Assembly (NCBI GenBank): GCA_964016885.1
Contig: OZ024749.1
Location: forward strand, 19,468,001-19,532,000
Source of the DNA: Eledone cirrhosa
Taxonomy: Eukaryota
Length of the DNA stretch: 64,000 nucleotides
Reading direction: 5' to 3'
How positions within the stretch are numbered: the stretch's first letter is position 1; each line of letters starts with the position of its first letter. The notes beneath the pieces are model-generated. The model did no database searches. It had not been told where the DNA came from and was given only the letters and a program-made list of their open reading frames with translations. Shown piece after piece: positions 15,346 through 32,400 of the stretch. The translations under genes and the position numbers were made by a program.

Positions 15346-18300
15346 TTTACACCATCTATACACTGTTAATAACTGTATTTACACTATCTATACATTGTTA
15401 ATAACTGTATTTACACTATCTATACACTGTTAATGACTGTATTTACACTATCTATACACTGTTAATGACTGTATTTACACTATCTATACACTGTTAATAA
15501 CTGTATTTACACTATCTATACATTGTTAATAACTGTATTTACACTATCTATACATTGTTAATGACTGTATTTACACTATCTATACACTGTTAATGACTGT
15601 ATTTACACTATCTATACACTGTAAATAACTGTATTTACACTATCTATACATTGTTAATAACTGTATTTACACTATCTATACACTGTTAATGACTGTATTT
15701 ACACTATCTATACACTGTCAATGACTGTATTTACACTATCTATACATTGTTAATGACTGTATTTACACTATCTATATACTGTTAATGACCGTATTTACAC
15801 TATCTATACATTGTTAATGACTGTATTTACACTATCTATACACTGTTAATGACTGTATTTACACTATTTATATACTGTTAATAACTGTATTTACACTATC
15901 TATACACTGTTTATCACTGTATTTACACTATCTATACACTGTTAATGACTGTATTTACACTATCTATACACTGTTAATAACTGTATTTACACTATCTATA
16001 CATTGTTAATGACTGTATTTACACTATCTATACACTGTTAATGACTGTATTTACACTATCTATACACTGTTAATGCCTGTATTTACACTATCTATACACC
16101 GTTAATGACTGTATTTACACTATCTATACACTGTTAATCACTGTATTTACACTATCTATACACTGTTAATGACTGTATTTACACTATCTATGCACTGTTA
16201 ATGACTGTATTTACACTATCTATACACTGTTTATAACTGTATTTACACTATCTATACACTGTTAATAACTGTATTTACACTATCTATACACTGTTAATGA
16301 CTGTATTTACACTATTTATATACTGTTAATAACTGTATTTACACTATCTATACACTGTTAATGACTGCATTTACACTATCTATACACTGTTAATGACTGT
16401 ATTTACACTATCTATACACTGTTAATAACTGTATTTACACTATCTATACATTGTTAATAACTGTATTTACACTATCTATACACTGTTAATGACTGTATTT
16501 ACACTATCTATACATTGTTAGTGACTGTATTTACACTATCTATACACTGTTAATAACTGTATTTACACTATCTATACATTGTTAATAACTGTATTTACAC
16601 TATCTATACATTGTTAATAACTGTATTTACACTATCTATACATTGTTAATGACTGTATTTACACTATCTATACACTGTTAATGACTGTATTTACACTATC
16701 TATACACTGTTAATGACTGTATTTACACTATCTATACATTGTTAATGACTGTATTTACACTATCTATACACTGTTAATGACTGTATTTACACTATCTATA
16801 CACTGTTAATGACTGTATTTACACTATCTATACATTGTTAATGACTGTATTTACACTATCTATACACTGTTAATGACTGTATTTACACTATCTATACACT
16901 GTTAATGACTGTATTTACGCTATCTATACACTGTTAATGACTGTATTTACACTATCTATACACTGTTAATGACTGTATTTATACTATCTATACACTGTTA
17001 ATAACTGTATTTACACTATCTATACACTGTTAATAACTGTATTTACACTATCTATACACTGTTAATGACTGTATTTACACTATCTATACACTGTTAATGA
17101 CTGTATTTACACTATCTATAAACCGTTAATGACTGTATTTACATTATCTATACACTGTTAATGACTCTATTTACACTATCTATACACCGTTAATGACTGT
17201 ATTTACATTATCTATACACTGTTAATGACTGTATTTACACTATCTATACACTGTTACTGACTGTATTTACACTATCTATACACTGTTAATAACTGTATTT
17301 ACACTATCTATACACTGTTATTGACTGTATTTACACTATCTATACACTGTTAATAACTGTATTTACACTATCCATACACTGTTAATAACTGTATTTACAC
17401 TATCTATACACTGTTAATAACTGTATTTACACTATCTATACATTGTTAATGACTGTATTTACACTATCGATACACTGTTATTGACTGTATTTACACTATC
17501 TATACACTGTTAATAACTGTATTTACACTATCTATACATTGTTAATAACTGTATTTACACTATCTATACACTGTTAATGACTGTATTTACACTATCTATA
17601 CACTGTTAATGACTGTATTTACACTATCTATACACTGTTAATAACTGTATTTACACTACCTATACATTGTTAATAACTGTATTTACACTATCTATACATT
17701 GTTAATGACTGTATTTACACTATCTATACACTGTTAATGACTGTATTTACACTATCTATACACTGTTAATAACTGTATTTACACTATCTATACACTGTTA
17801 ATGACTGTATTTACACTATCTATACACTGTTAATGACTGTATTTACACTATCTATACACCGTTAATGACTGTATTTACATTATCTATACACTGTTAATGA
17901 CTGTATTTACACTATCTATACACTGTTAATGACTGTATTTACACTATCTATACACTGTTAATAACTGTATTTACACTGTTAATAACTGTATTTACACTAT
18001 CTATACACTGTTAATGACTGTATTTACACTATCTATACATTGTTAATGACTGTATTTACACTATCTATACATTGTTAATGACTGTATTTACACTATCTAT
18101 ACATTGTTAATGACTGTATTTACACTATCTATACACTGTTAATGACTGTATTTACACTATCTATACACTGTTAATGACTGTATTTACACTATCTATACAC
18201 TGTTAATGACTGTATTTACACTATCTATACACTGTTAATGACTGTATTTACACTATCTATACACTGTTAATGACTGTATTTACACTATCTATACACCGTT

Positions 18301-21300
18301 AATGACTGTATTTACACTATCTATACACTGTTAATGACTGTATTAACATTATCTATACACTGTTAATGACTATTTACACTATCTATACACCGTTAATGAC
18401 TGTATTTACACTATCTATACACCGTTAATGACTGTATTTACACTATCTATACACTGTTAATGACTGTATTTACACTATCTATACACCGTTAATGACTGTA
18501 TTTACACTATCTATACACTGTTAATGACTGTATTTACACTATCTATACGCTGTTAATGACTGTATTTACGCTATCTATACACTGTTAATGACTGTATTTA
18601 CACTATCTATACACTGTTAATGACTGTATTTATACTATCTATACACTGTTAATAACTGTATTTACACTATCTATACACTGTTAATAACTGTATTTACACT
18701 ATCTATACACTGTTAATGACTGTATTTACACTATCTATACACTGTTAATGACTGTATTTACACTATCTATACACCGTTAATGACTGTATTTACATTATCT
18801 ATACACTGTTAATGACTATTTACACTATCTATACACTGTTAATAACTGTATTTACACTATCCATACACTGTTAATAACTGTATTTACACTATCTATACAC
18901 TGTTAATAACTGTATTTACACTATCTATACATTGTTAATGACTGTATTTACACTATCTATACACTGTTATTGACTGTATTTACACTATCTATACACTGTT
19001 AATAACTGTATTTATACTATCTATACATTGTTAATAACTGTATTTACACTATCTATACACTGTTAATGACTGTATTTACACTATCTATACACTGTTAATG
19101 ACTGTATTTACACTATCTATACACTGTTAATAACTGTATTTACACTACCTATACATTGTTAATAACTGTATTTACACTATCTATACATTGTTAATGACTG
19201 TATTTACACTATCTATACACTGTTAATGACTGTATTTACACTATCTATACACTGTTAATAACTGTATTTACACTATCTATACACTGTTAATAACTGTATT
19301 TACACTATCTATACACTGTTAATAACTGTATTTACACTATCTATACACTGTTAATGACTGTATTTACACTATCTATACATTGTTAATGACTGTATTTACA
19401 CTATCTATACATTGTTAATGACTGTATTTACACTATCTATACATTGTTAATGACTGTATTTACACTATCTATGCACTGTTAATGACTGGATTTACACTAT
19501 CTATACACTGTTAATGACTGTATTTACACTATCTATACATTGTTAATGACTGTATTTACACTATCTATACACTGTTAATCACTGTATTTACACTATCTAT
19601 ACACTGTTAATGACTGTATTTACACTATCTATACACTGTTAATCACTCTATTTACACTATCTATACACTGTTAATGACTGTATTTACACTATCTATACAT
19701 TGTTAATGACTGTATTTACACTAACTATACATTGTTAATGACTGTATTTACACTATCTATACACTGTTAATGACTGTATTTACACTATCTATACACTGTT
19801 AATGACTGTATTTACACTATCTATACATTGTTAATGACTGTATTTACACTATCTATACACTGTTAATGACTGTATTTACACTATCTATACACTGTTAATG
19901 ACTGTATTTACACTATCTATACACTGTTAATAACTGTATTTACACTATACACTGTTAATAACTGTATTTACACTATCTATACACTGTTAATGACTGTATT
20001 TACACTATCTATACACTGTTAATGACTGTATTTACACTATCTATACACCGTTAATGACTGTATTTACATTATCGATACACTGTTAATGACTCTATTTACA
20101 TTATCGATACACTGTTAATGACTGTATTTACACTATCTATACACCGTTAATGACTGTATTTACACTATCTATACACTGTTACTGACTGTATTTACACTAT
20201 CTATACACTGTTAATAACTGTATTTACACTATCTATACACTGTTATTGACTGTATTTACACTATCTATACACTGTTAATAACTGTATTTACACTATCCAT
20301 ACACTGTTAATAACTGTATTTACACTATCTATACACTGTTAATAACTGTATTTACACTATCTATACATTGTTAATGACTGTATTTACACTATCTATACAC
20401 TGTTATTGACTGTATTTACACTATCTATACACTGTTAATAACTGTATTTACACTATCTATACATTGTTAATAACTGTATTTACACTATCTATACACTGTT
20501 AATGACTGTATTTACACTATCTATACACTGTTAATGACTGTATTTACACTATCTATACACTGTTAATAACTGTATTTACACTATCTATACATTGTTAATA
20601 ACTGTATTTACACTATCTATACATTGTTAATGACTGTATTTACACTATCTATACACTGTTAATGACTGTATTTACACTATCTATACACTGTTAATAACTG
20701 TATTTACACTATCTATACACTGTTAATGACTGTATTTACACTATCTATACACTGTTAATGACTGTATTTACACTATCTATACACCGTTAATGACTGTATT
20801 TACATTATCTATACACTGTTAATGACTGTATTTACACTATCTATACACTGTTAATGACTGTATTTACACTATCTATACACTGTTAATAACTGTATTTACA
20901 CTGTTAATAACTGTATTTACACTATCTATACACTGTTAATGACTGTATTTACACTATCTATACATTGTTAATGACTGTATTTACACTATCTATACATTGT
21001 TAATGACTGTATTTACACTATCTATACATTGTTAATGACTGTATTTACACTATACACTGTTAATGACTGTATTTACACTATCTATACATTGTTAATGACT
21101 GTATTTACACTATCTATACACTGTTAATGACTGCATTTACACTATCTATACACTGTTAATGACTGTATTTACACTATCTATACACTGTTAATGACTGTAT
21201 TTACACTATCTATACACTGTTAATAACTGTATTTACACGGTTAATAACTGTATTTACACTATCTATACACTGTTAATGACTGTATTTACACTACTATCTA

Positions 21301-24300
21301 TACATTGTTAATGACTGTATTTACACTATCTATACATTGTTAATGACTGTATTTACACTATCTATACACTGTTAATGACTGTATTTACACTATCTATACA
21401 CTGTTAATGACTGTATTTACACTATCTATACACTGTTAATGACTGTATTTACACTATCTATACACTGTTAATGACTGTATTTACACTATCTATACACTGT
21501 TAATGACTGTATTTACACTATCTATACACCGTTAATGACTGTATTTACACTATCTATACACTGTTAATGACTGTATTAACATTATCTATACACTGTTAAT
21601 GACTATTTACACTATCTATACACCGTTAATGACTGTATTTACACTATCTATACACCGTTAATGACTGTATTTACACTATCTATACACTGTTAATGACTGT
21701 ATTTACACTATCTATACACCGTTAATGACTGTATTTACACTATCTATACACTGTTAATGACTGTATTTACACTATCTATACACTGTTAATGACTGTATTT
21801 ACGCTATCTATACACTGTTAATGACTGTATTTACACTATCTATACACTGTTAATGACTGTATTTATACTATCTATACACTGTTAATAACTGTATTTACAC
21901 TATCTATACACTGTTAATAACTGTATTTACACTATCTATACACTGTTAATGACTGTATTTACACTATCTATACACTGTTAATGACTGTATTTACACTATC
22001 TATACACCGTTAATGACTGTATTTACATTATCTATACACTGTTAATGACTATTTACACTATCTATACACCGTTAATGACTGTATTTACATTATCTATACA
22101 CTGTTAATGACTGTATTTACACTATCTATACACTGTTAATGACTGTATTTACACTATCTATACACCGTTAATGACTGTATTTACACTATCTATACACTGT
22201 TACTGACTGTATTTACACTATCTATACAATGTTAATAACTGTATTTACACTATCTATACACTGTTATTGACTGTATTTACACTATCTATACACTGTTAAT
22301 AACTGTATTTACACTATCCATACACTGTTAATAACTGTATTTACACTATCTATACACTGTTAATAACTGTATTTACACTATCTATACATTGTTAATGACT
22401 GTATTTACACTATCTATACACTGTTAATGACTGTATTTACACTATCTATACACTGTTAATAACTGTATTTACACTATCTATACACTGTTAATAACTGTAT
22501 TTACACTATCTATACACTGTTAATAACTGTATTTACACTATCTATACACTGTTAATGACTGTATTTACACTATCTATACATTGTTAATGACTGTATTTAC
22601 ACTATCTATACATTGTTAATGACTGTATTTACACTATCTATACATTGTTAATGACTGTATTTACACTATCTATGCACTGTTAATGACTGGATTTACACTA
22701 TCTATACACTGTTAATGACTGTATTTACACTATCTATACATTGTTAATGACTGTATTTACACTATCTATACACTGTTAATCACTGTATTTACACTATCTA
22801 TACACTGTTAATGACTGTATTTACACTATCTATACACTGTTAATCACTCTATTTACACTATCTATACACTGTTAATGACTGTATTTACACTATCTATACA
22901 TTGTTAATGACTGTATTTACACTATCTATACATTGTTAATGACTGTATTTACACTATCTATACACTGTTAATGACTGTATTTACACTATCTATACACTGT
23001 TAATGACTGTATTTACACTATCTATACATTGTTAATGACTGTATTTACACTATCTATACACTGTTAATGACTGTATTTACACTATCTATACACTGTTAAT
23101 GACTGTATTTACACTATCTATACACTGTTAATAACTGTATTTACACTATCTATACACTGTTAATAACTGTATTTACACTATCTATACACTGTTAATGACT
23201 GTATTTACACTATCTATACACTGTTAATGACTGTATTTACACTATCTATACACCGTTAATGACTGTATTTACATTATCGATACACTGTTAATGACTCTAT
23301 TTACACTATCTATACACCGTTAATGACTGTATTTACATTATCTATACACTGTTAATGACTGTATTTACACTATCTATACACTGTTAATGACTGTATTTAC
23401 ACTATCTATACACCGTTAATGACTGTATTTACACTATCTATACACTGTTACTGACTGTATTTACACTATCTATACACTGTTAATAACTGTATTTACACTA
23501 TCTATACACTGTTATTGACTGTATTTACACTATCTATACACTGTTATTAACTGTATTTACACTATCCATACACTGTTAATAACTGTATTTACACTATCTA
23601 TACGCCGTTAATGACTGTATTTACATTATCTATACACTGTTAATGACTGTATTTACACTATCTATACACTGTTAATGACTGTATTTACACTATCTATACA
23701 CTGTTAATAACTGTATTTACACTGTTAATAACTGTATTTACACTATCTATACACTGTTAATGACTGTATTTACACTATCTATACATTGTTAATGACTGTA
23801 TTTACACTATCTATACATTGTTAATGACTGTATTTACACTATCTATACATTGTTAATGACTGTATTTACACTATACACTGTTAATGACTGTATTTACACT
23901 ATCTATACATTGTTAATGACTGTATTTACACTATCTATACACTGTTAATGACTGCATTTACACTATCTATACACTGTTAATGACTGTATTTACACTATCT
24001 AAACACTGTTAATGACTGTATTTACACTATCTATACACTGTTAATGACTGTATTTACACTATCTATACACTGTTAATGACTGTATTTACACTATCTATAC
24101 ACCGTTAATGACTGTATTTATGCTATCTATACACTGTTAATGACTGTATTAACATTATCTATACACTGTTAATGACTGTATTTACACTATCTATACACTG
24201 TTAATGACTGTATTTACACTATCTATACACTGTTAATGACTGTATTTACACTATCTATACATTGTTAATGACTGTATTTACACTATCTATACACTGTTAA

Positions 24301-26469
24301 TGACTGTATTTACACTAGCTATACACTGTTAATGACTGTATTTACACTATCTATACACTGTTAATGACTGTATTTACACTATCTATACACTGTTTATGAC
24401 TGTATTTACACTATCTATACACTGTTAATGACTGTATTTACACTATCTATACACTGTTAATGACTGTATTTACACTATCTATACACCGTTAATGACTGTA
24501 TTTACACTATCTATACACTGTTAATGACTGTATTAACATTATCTATACACTGTTAATGACTATTTACACTATCTATACACCGTTAATGACTGTATTTACA
24601 CTATCTATACACCTTAAATGACTGTATTTACACTATCTATACACTGTTAATGACTGTATTTACACTATCTATACACCGTTAATGACTGTATTTACACTAT
24701 CTATACACTGTTAATGACTGTATTTACACTATCTATACACTGTTAATAACTGTATTTACACTATCTATACACTGTTAATAACTGTATTTACACTATCTAT
24801 ACACTGTTAATAACTGTATTTACACTATCTATACACTGTTAATAACTGTATTTACACTATCTATACATTGTTAATGACTGTATTTACACTATCTATACAC
24901 TGTTAATAACTGTATTTACACTATCTATACACTGTTAATGACTGTATTTACACTATCTATACACTGTTAATAACTGTATTTACACTATCTATACACTGTT
25001 AATAACTGTATTTACACTATCTATACACTGTTAATAACTGTATTTACACTATCTATACACTGTTAATGACTGTATTTACACTATGTATACATTGTTAATG
25101 ACTGTATTTACACTATCTATACATTGTTAATGACTGTATTTACACTATCTATACATTGTTAATGACTGTATTTACACTATCTATGCACTGTTAATGACTG
25201 GATTTACACTATCTATACACTGTTAATGACTGTATTTACACTATCTATACATTGTTAATGACTGTATTTACACTATCTATACACTGTTAATCACTGTATT
25301 TACACTATCTATACACTGTTAATGACTGTATTTACACTATCTATACATTGTTAATGACTGTATTTACACTATCTATACACTGTTAATGACTGTATTTACA
25401 CTATCTATACACTGTTAATGACTGTATTTACACTATCTATACATTGTTAATGACTGTATTTACACTATCTATACACTGTTAATGACTGTATTTACACTAT
25501 CTATACACTGTTAATGACTGTATTGACGCTATCTATACACTGTTAATGACTGTATTTACACTATCTATACACTGTTAATGACTGTATTTACACTATCTAT
25601 ACACTGTTAATGACTGTATTTACACTATCTATACACCGTTAATGACTGTATTTACATTATCTATACACTGTTAATGACTCTATTTACACTATCTATACAC
25701 CGTTAATGACTGTATTTACATTATCTATACACTGTTAATGACTGTATTTACACTATCTATACACTGTTAATGACTGTATTTACACTATCTATACACCGTT
25801 AATGACTGTATTTACACTATCTATACACTGTTACTGACTGTATTTACACTATCTATACACTGTTAATAACTGTATTTACACTATCTATACACTGTTATTG
25901 ACTGTATTTACACTATCTATACACTGTTAATAACTGTATTTACACTATCCATACACTGTTAATAACTGTATTTACACTATCTATACACTGTTAATAACTG
26001 TATTTACACTATCTATACATTGTTAATAACTGTATTTACACTATCTATACACTGTTAATGACTGTATTTACACTATCTATACACTGTTAATGACTGTATT
26101 TACACTATCTATACACTGTTAATAACTGTATTTACACTATCTATACATTGTTAATAACTGTATTTACACTATCTATACATTGTTAATGACTGTATTTACA
26201 CTATCTATACACTGTTAATGACTGTATTTACACTATCTATACACTGTTAATAACTGTATTTACACTATCTATACACTGTTAATGACTGTATTTACACTAT
26301 CTATACACTGTTAATGACTGTATTTACACTATCTATACACCGTTAATGACTGTATTTACATTATCTATACACTGTTAATGACTGTATTTACACTATCTAT
26401 ACACTGTTAATGACTGTATTTACACTATCTATACACTGTTAATAACTGTATTTACACTGTTAATAACTG

Positions 26470-29400
26470 TATTTACACTATCTATACACTGTTAATGACT
26501 GTATTTACACTATCTATACATTGTTAATGACTGTATTTACACTATCTATACATTGTTAATGACTGTATTTACACTATCTATACATTGTTAATGACTGTAT
26601 TTACACTATCTATACACTGTTAATGACTGTATTTACACTATCTATACATTGTTAATGACTGTATTTACACTATCTATACATTGTTAATGACTGTATTTAC
26701 AGTATCTATACACTGTTAATGACTGCATTTACACTATCTATACACTGTTAATGACTGTATTTACACTATCTATACACTGTTAATGACTGTATTTACACTA
26801 TCTATACACTGTTAATGACTGTATTTACACTATCTATACACTGTTAATGACTGTATTTACACTATCTATACACCGTTAATGACTGTATTTATGCTATCTA
26901 TACACTGTTAATGACTGTATTAACATTATCTATACACTGTTAATGACTGTATTTACACTATCTATACACTGTTAATGACTGTATTTACACTATCTATACA
27001 CTGTTAATGACTGTATTTACACTATCTATACATTGTTAATGACTGTATTTACACTATCTATACACTGTTAATGACTGTATTTACACTATCTATACACTGT
27101 TAATGACTGTATTTACACTATCTATACACTGTTAATGACTGTATTTACACTATCTATACACTGTTTATGACTGTATTTACACTATCTATACACTGTTAAT
27201 GACTGTATTTACACTATCTATACACCGTTAATGACTGTATTTACACTATCTATACACTGTTAATGACTGTATTAACATTATCTATACACTGTTAATGACT
27301 ATTTACACTATCTATACACCGTTAATGACTGTATTTACACTATCTATACACCGTTAATGACTGTATTTACACTATCTATACACTGTTAATGACTGTATTT
27401 ACACTATCTATACACCGTTAATGACTGTATTTGCACTATCTATACACTGTTAATGACTGTATTTACACTATCTATACACTGTTAATGACTGTACTTACAC
27501 TATCTATACACTGTTAATGACTGTATTTACACTATCTATACACTGTTAATGACTGTATTTACACTATCTATACACTGTTAATGACTGTATTTACACTATC
27601 TATACACTGTTAATAACTGTATTTACACTATCTATACATTGTTAATGACTGTATTTACACTAACTATACACTGTTAATGACTGTTTTTACACTATCTATA
27701 CACTGTAAATAACTGTATTTACATTATCTGTACCTTATTAATAACTGTATTTACACTATCTATACACTGTTAATAACTGTATTTACACTATCTATACACT
27801 GTTAATAACTGTATTTACACTATCTATACACTTAATGACTGTATTAACATTATCTATACACTGTTAATGACTGTATTTACACTATCTATACATTGTTAAT
27901 GACTGTATTTACACTATCTATACACTGTTAATGACTGTATTTACACTATCTATACACTGTTAATAACTGTATTTACACTATCTATACACTGTTAATGACT
28001 GTATTTACACTATCTATACACTGTTAATGACTGTATTTACACTATCTATACACTGTTAATGACTGTATTTACGCTATCTATACATTGTTAATGACTGTAT
28101 TTACACTATCTATACACTGTTAATGACTGTATTTACACTATCTATACACTGTTAATAACTGTATTTACACTATCTATACACTGTTAATGACTGTATTTAC
28201 ACCACCTATACACTGTTTATAACTGTATTTACACTATCTATACACTGTTAATAACTGTATTTACACTATCTATACACTGTTAATAACTGTATTTACACTA
28301 TCTATACATTGTTAATGACTGTATTTACATTATCTATACACTGTTAATGACTGTATTTACACTATCTATACACTGTTAAGACTGTATTTACACTATCTAT
28401 ACACCGTTAATGACTGTATTTACACTATCTATACACTGTTAATAACTGTACTTACACTATCTATACATTGTTAATGACTGTATTTACACTATCTATACAC
28501 TGTTAATGACTGTATTTACACTATCTATACACCGTTAATGACTGTATTTACACTATCTATACACTGTTAATAACTGTATTTACACTATCTATACACCGTT
28601 AATGACTGTATTTACATTATCTATACACTGTTAATGACTGTATTTACACTATCTATACACCGTTAATGACTGTATTTACATTATCTATACACTGTTAATG
28701 ACTGTATTTACACTATCTATACACTGTTAATGACTGTATTTACACTATCTATACACTGTTTATAACTGTATTTACACTATCTATACACTGTTAATAACTG
28801 TATTTACACTATCTATACACTGTTAATAACTGTATTTACACTATCTATACATTGTTAATGACTGTATTTACACTATCTATACACTGTTAATAACTGTATT
28901 TACACTATCTATACACTGTTAATGACTGTATTTACACTATCTATACACTGTTAATAACTGTATTTACACTATCTATACACTGTTAATAACTGTATTTACA
29001 CTATCTATACATTGTTAATGACTGTATTTACACTATCTATACACTGTTAATAACTGTATTTACACTATCTATACACTGTTAATGACTGTATTTACACTAT
29101 CTATACACTGTTAATAACTGTATTTACACTATCTATACACTGTTAATAACTGTATTTACACTATCTATACACTGTTAATAACTGTATTTACACTATCTAT
29201 ACACTGTTAATGACTGTATTTACACTATCTATACACTGTTAATAACGGTATTTACACTATCTATACACTGTTAATAACTGTATTTACTCTATCTATACAC
29301 TGTTAATAACTGTATTTACACTATCTATACACTGTTAATAACTGTATTTACACTATCTATACATTGTTAATGACTGTATTTACACTATCTATACACTGTT

Positions 29401-32400
29401 AATAACTGTATTTACACTATCTATACACTGTTAATGACTGTATTTACACTATCTATACACTGTTAATAACTGTATTTACACTATCTATACACTGTTAATA
29501 ACTGTATTTACACTATCTATACACTGTTAATAACTGTATTTACACTATCTATACATTGTTAATGACTGTATTTACACTATCTATACACTGTTAATGACTG
29601 TATTTACACTATCTATACACTGTTAATAACTGTATTTACACTATCTATACATTGTTAATAACTGTATTTACACTATCTATACACTGTTAATGACTGTATT
29701 TACACTATCTATACACTGTTAATGACTGTATTTACACTATCTATACACTGTTAATAACTGTATTTACACTATCTATACATTGTTAATAACTGTATTTACA
29801 CTATCTATACATTGTTAATGACTATTTACACTATCTATACACTGTTAATGACTGTAGTTACACTATCTATACACTGTAAATAACTGTATTTACACTATCT
29901 ATACATTGTTAATAACTGTATTTACACTATCTATACACTGTTAATGACTGTATTTACACTATCTATGCACTGTTAATGACTGGATTTACACTATCTATAC
30001 ACTGTTAATGACAGTATTTACACTATCTATACATTGTTAATGACTGTATTTACACTATCTATACACTGTTAATGACTGTATTTACACTATCTATACACTG
30101 TTAATGACTGTATTTACACTATCTATACATTGTTAATGACTGTATTTACACTATCTATACATTGTTAATGACTGTATTTACACTATCTATACATTGTTAA
30201 TGACTGTATTTACACTATCTATACACTGTTAATGACTGTATTTACACTATCTATACATTGTTAATGACTGTATTTACACTATCTATACATTGTTAATGAC
30301 TGTATTTACAGTATCTATACACTGTTAATGACTGCATTTACACTATCTATACACTGTTAATGACTGTATTTACACTATCTATACACTGTTAATGACTGTA
30401 TTTACACTATCTATACACTGTTAATGACTGTATTTACACTATCTATACACTGTTAATGACTGTATTTACACTATCTATACACCGTTAATGACTGTATTTA
30501 TGCTATCTATACACTGTTAATGACTGTATTAACATTATCTATACACTGTTAATGACTGTATTTACACTATCTATACACTGTTAATGACTGTATTTACACT
30601 ATCTATACACTGTTAATGACTGTATTTACACTATCTATACATTGTTAATGACTGTATTTACACTATCTATACACTGTTAATGACTGTATTTACACTATCT
30701 ATACACTGTTAATGACTGTATTTACACTATCTATACACTGTTAATGACTGTATTTACACTATCTATACACTGTTTATGACTGTATTTACACTATCTATAC
30801 ACTGTTAATGACTGTATTTACACTATCTATACACCGTTAATGACTGTATTTACACTATCTATACACTGTTAATGACTGTATTAACATTATCTATACACTG
30901 TTAATGACTATTTACACTATCTATACACCGTTAATGACTGTATTTACACTATCTATACACCGTTAATGACTGTATTTACACTATCTATACACTGTTAATG
31001 ACTGTATTTACACTATCTATACACCGTTAATGACTGTATTTACACTATCTATACACTGTTAATGACTGTATTTACACTATCTATACACTGTTAATGACTG
31101 TACTTACACTATCTATACACTGTTAATGACTGTATTTACACTATCTATACACTGTTAATGACTGTATTTACACTATCTATACACTGTTAATGACTGTATT
31201 TACACTATCTATACACTGTTAATAACTGTATTTACACTATCTATACATTGTTAATGACTGTATTTACACTAACTATACACTGTTAATGACTGTTTTTACA
31301 CTATCTATACACTGTAAATAACTGTATTTACATTATCTGTACCTTATTAATAACTGTATTTACACTATCTATACACTGTTAATAACTGTATTTACACTAT
31401 CTATACACTGTTAATAACTGTATTTACACTATCTATACACTTAATGACTGTATTAACATTATCTATACACTGTTAATGACTGTATTTACACTATCTATAC
31501 ATTGTTAATGACTGTATTTACACTATCTATACACTGTTAATGACTGTATTTACACTATCTATACACTGTTAATAACTGTATTTACACTATCTATACACTG
31601 TTAATGACTGTATTTACACTATCTATACACTGTTAATGACTGTATTTACACTATCTATACACTGTTAATGACTGTATTTACGCTATCTATACATTGTTAA
31701 TGACTGTATTTACACTATCTATACACTGTTAATGACTGTATTTACACTATCTATACACTGTTAATAACTGTATTTACACTATCTATACACTGTTAATGAC
31801 TGTATTTACACCACCTATACACTGTTTATAACTGTATTTACACTATCTATACACTGTTAATAACTGTATTTACACTATCTATACACTGTTAATAACTGTA
31901 TTTACACTATCTATACATTGTTAATGACTGTATTTACATTATCTATACACTGTTAATGACTGTATTTACACTATCTATACACTGTTAAGACTGTATTTAC
32001 ACTATCTATACACCGTTAATGACTGTATTTACACTATCTATACACTGTTAATAACTGTACTTACACTATCTATACATTGTTAATGACTGTATTTACACTA
32101 TCTATACACTGTTAATGACTGTATTTACACTATCTATACACCGTTAATGACTGTATTTACACTATCTATACACTGTTAATAACTGTATTTACACTATCTA
32201 TACACCGTTAATGACTGTATTTACATTATCTATACACTGTTAATGACTGTATTTACACTATCTATACACCGTTAATGACTGTATTTACATTATCTATACA
32301 CTGTTAATGACTGTATTTACACTATCTATACACTGTTAATGACTGTATTTACACTATCTATACACTGTTTATAACTGTATTTACACTATCTATACACTGT

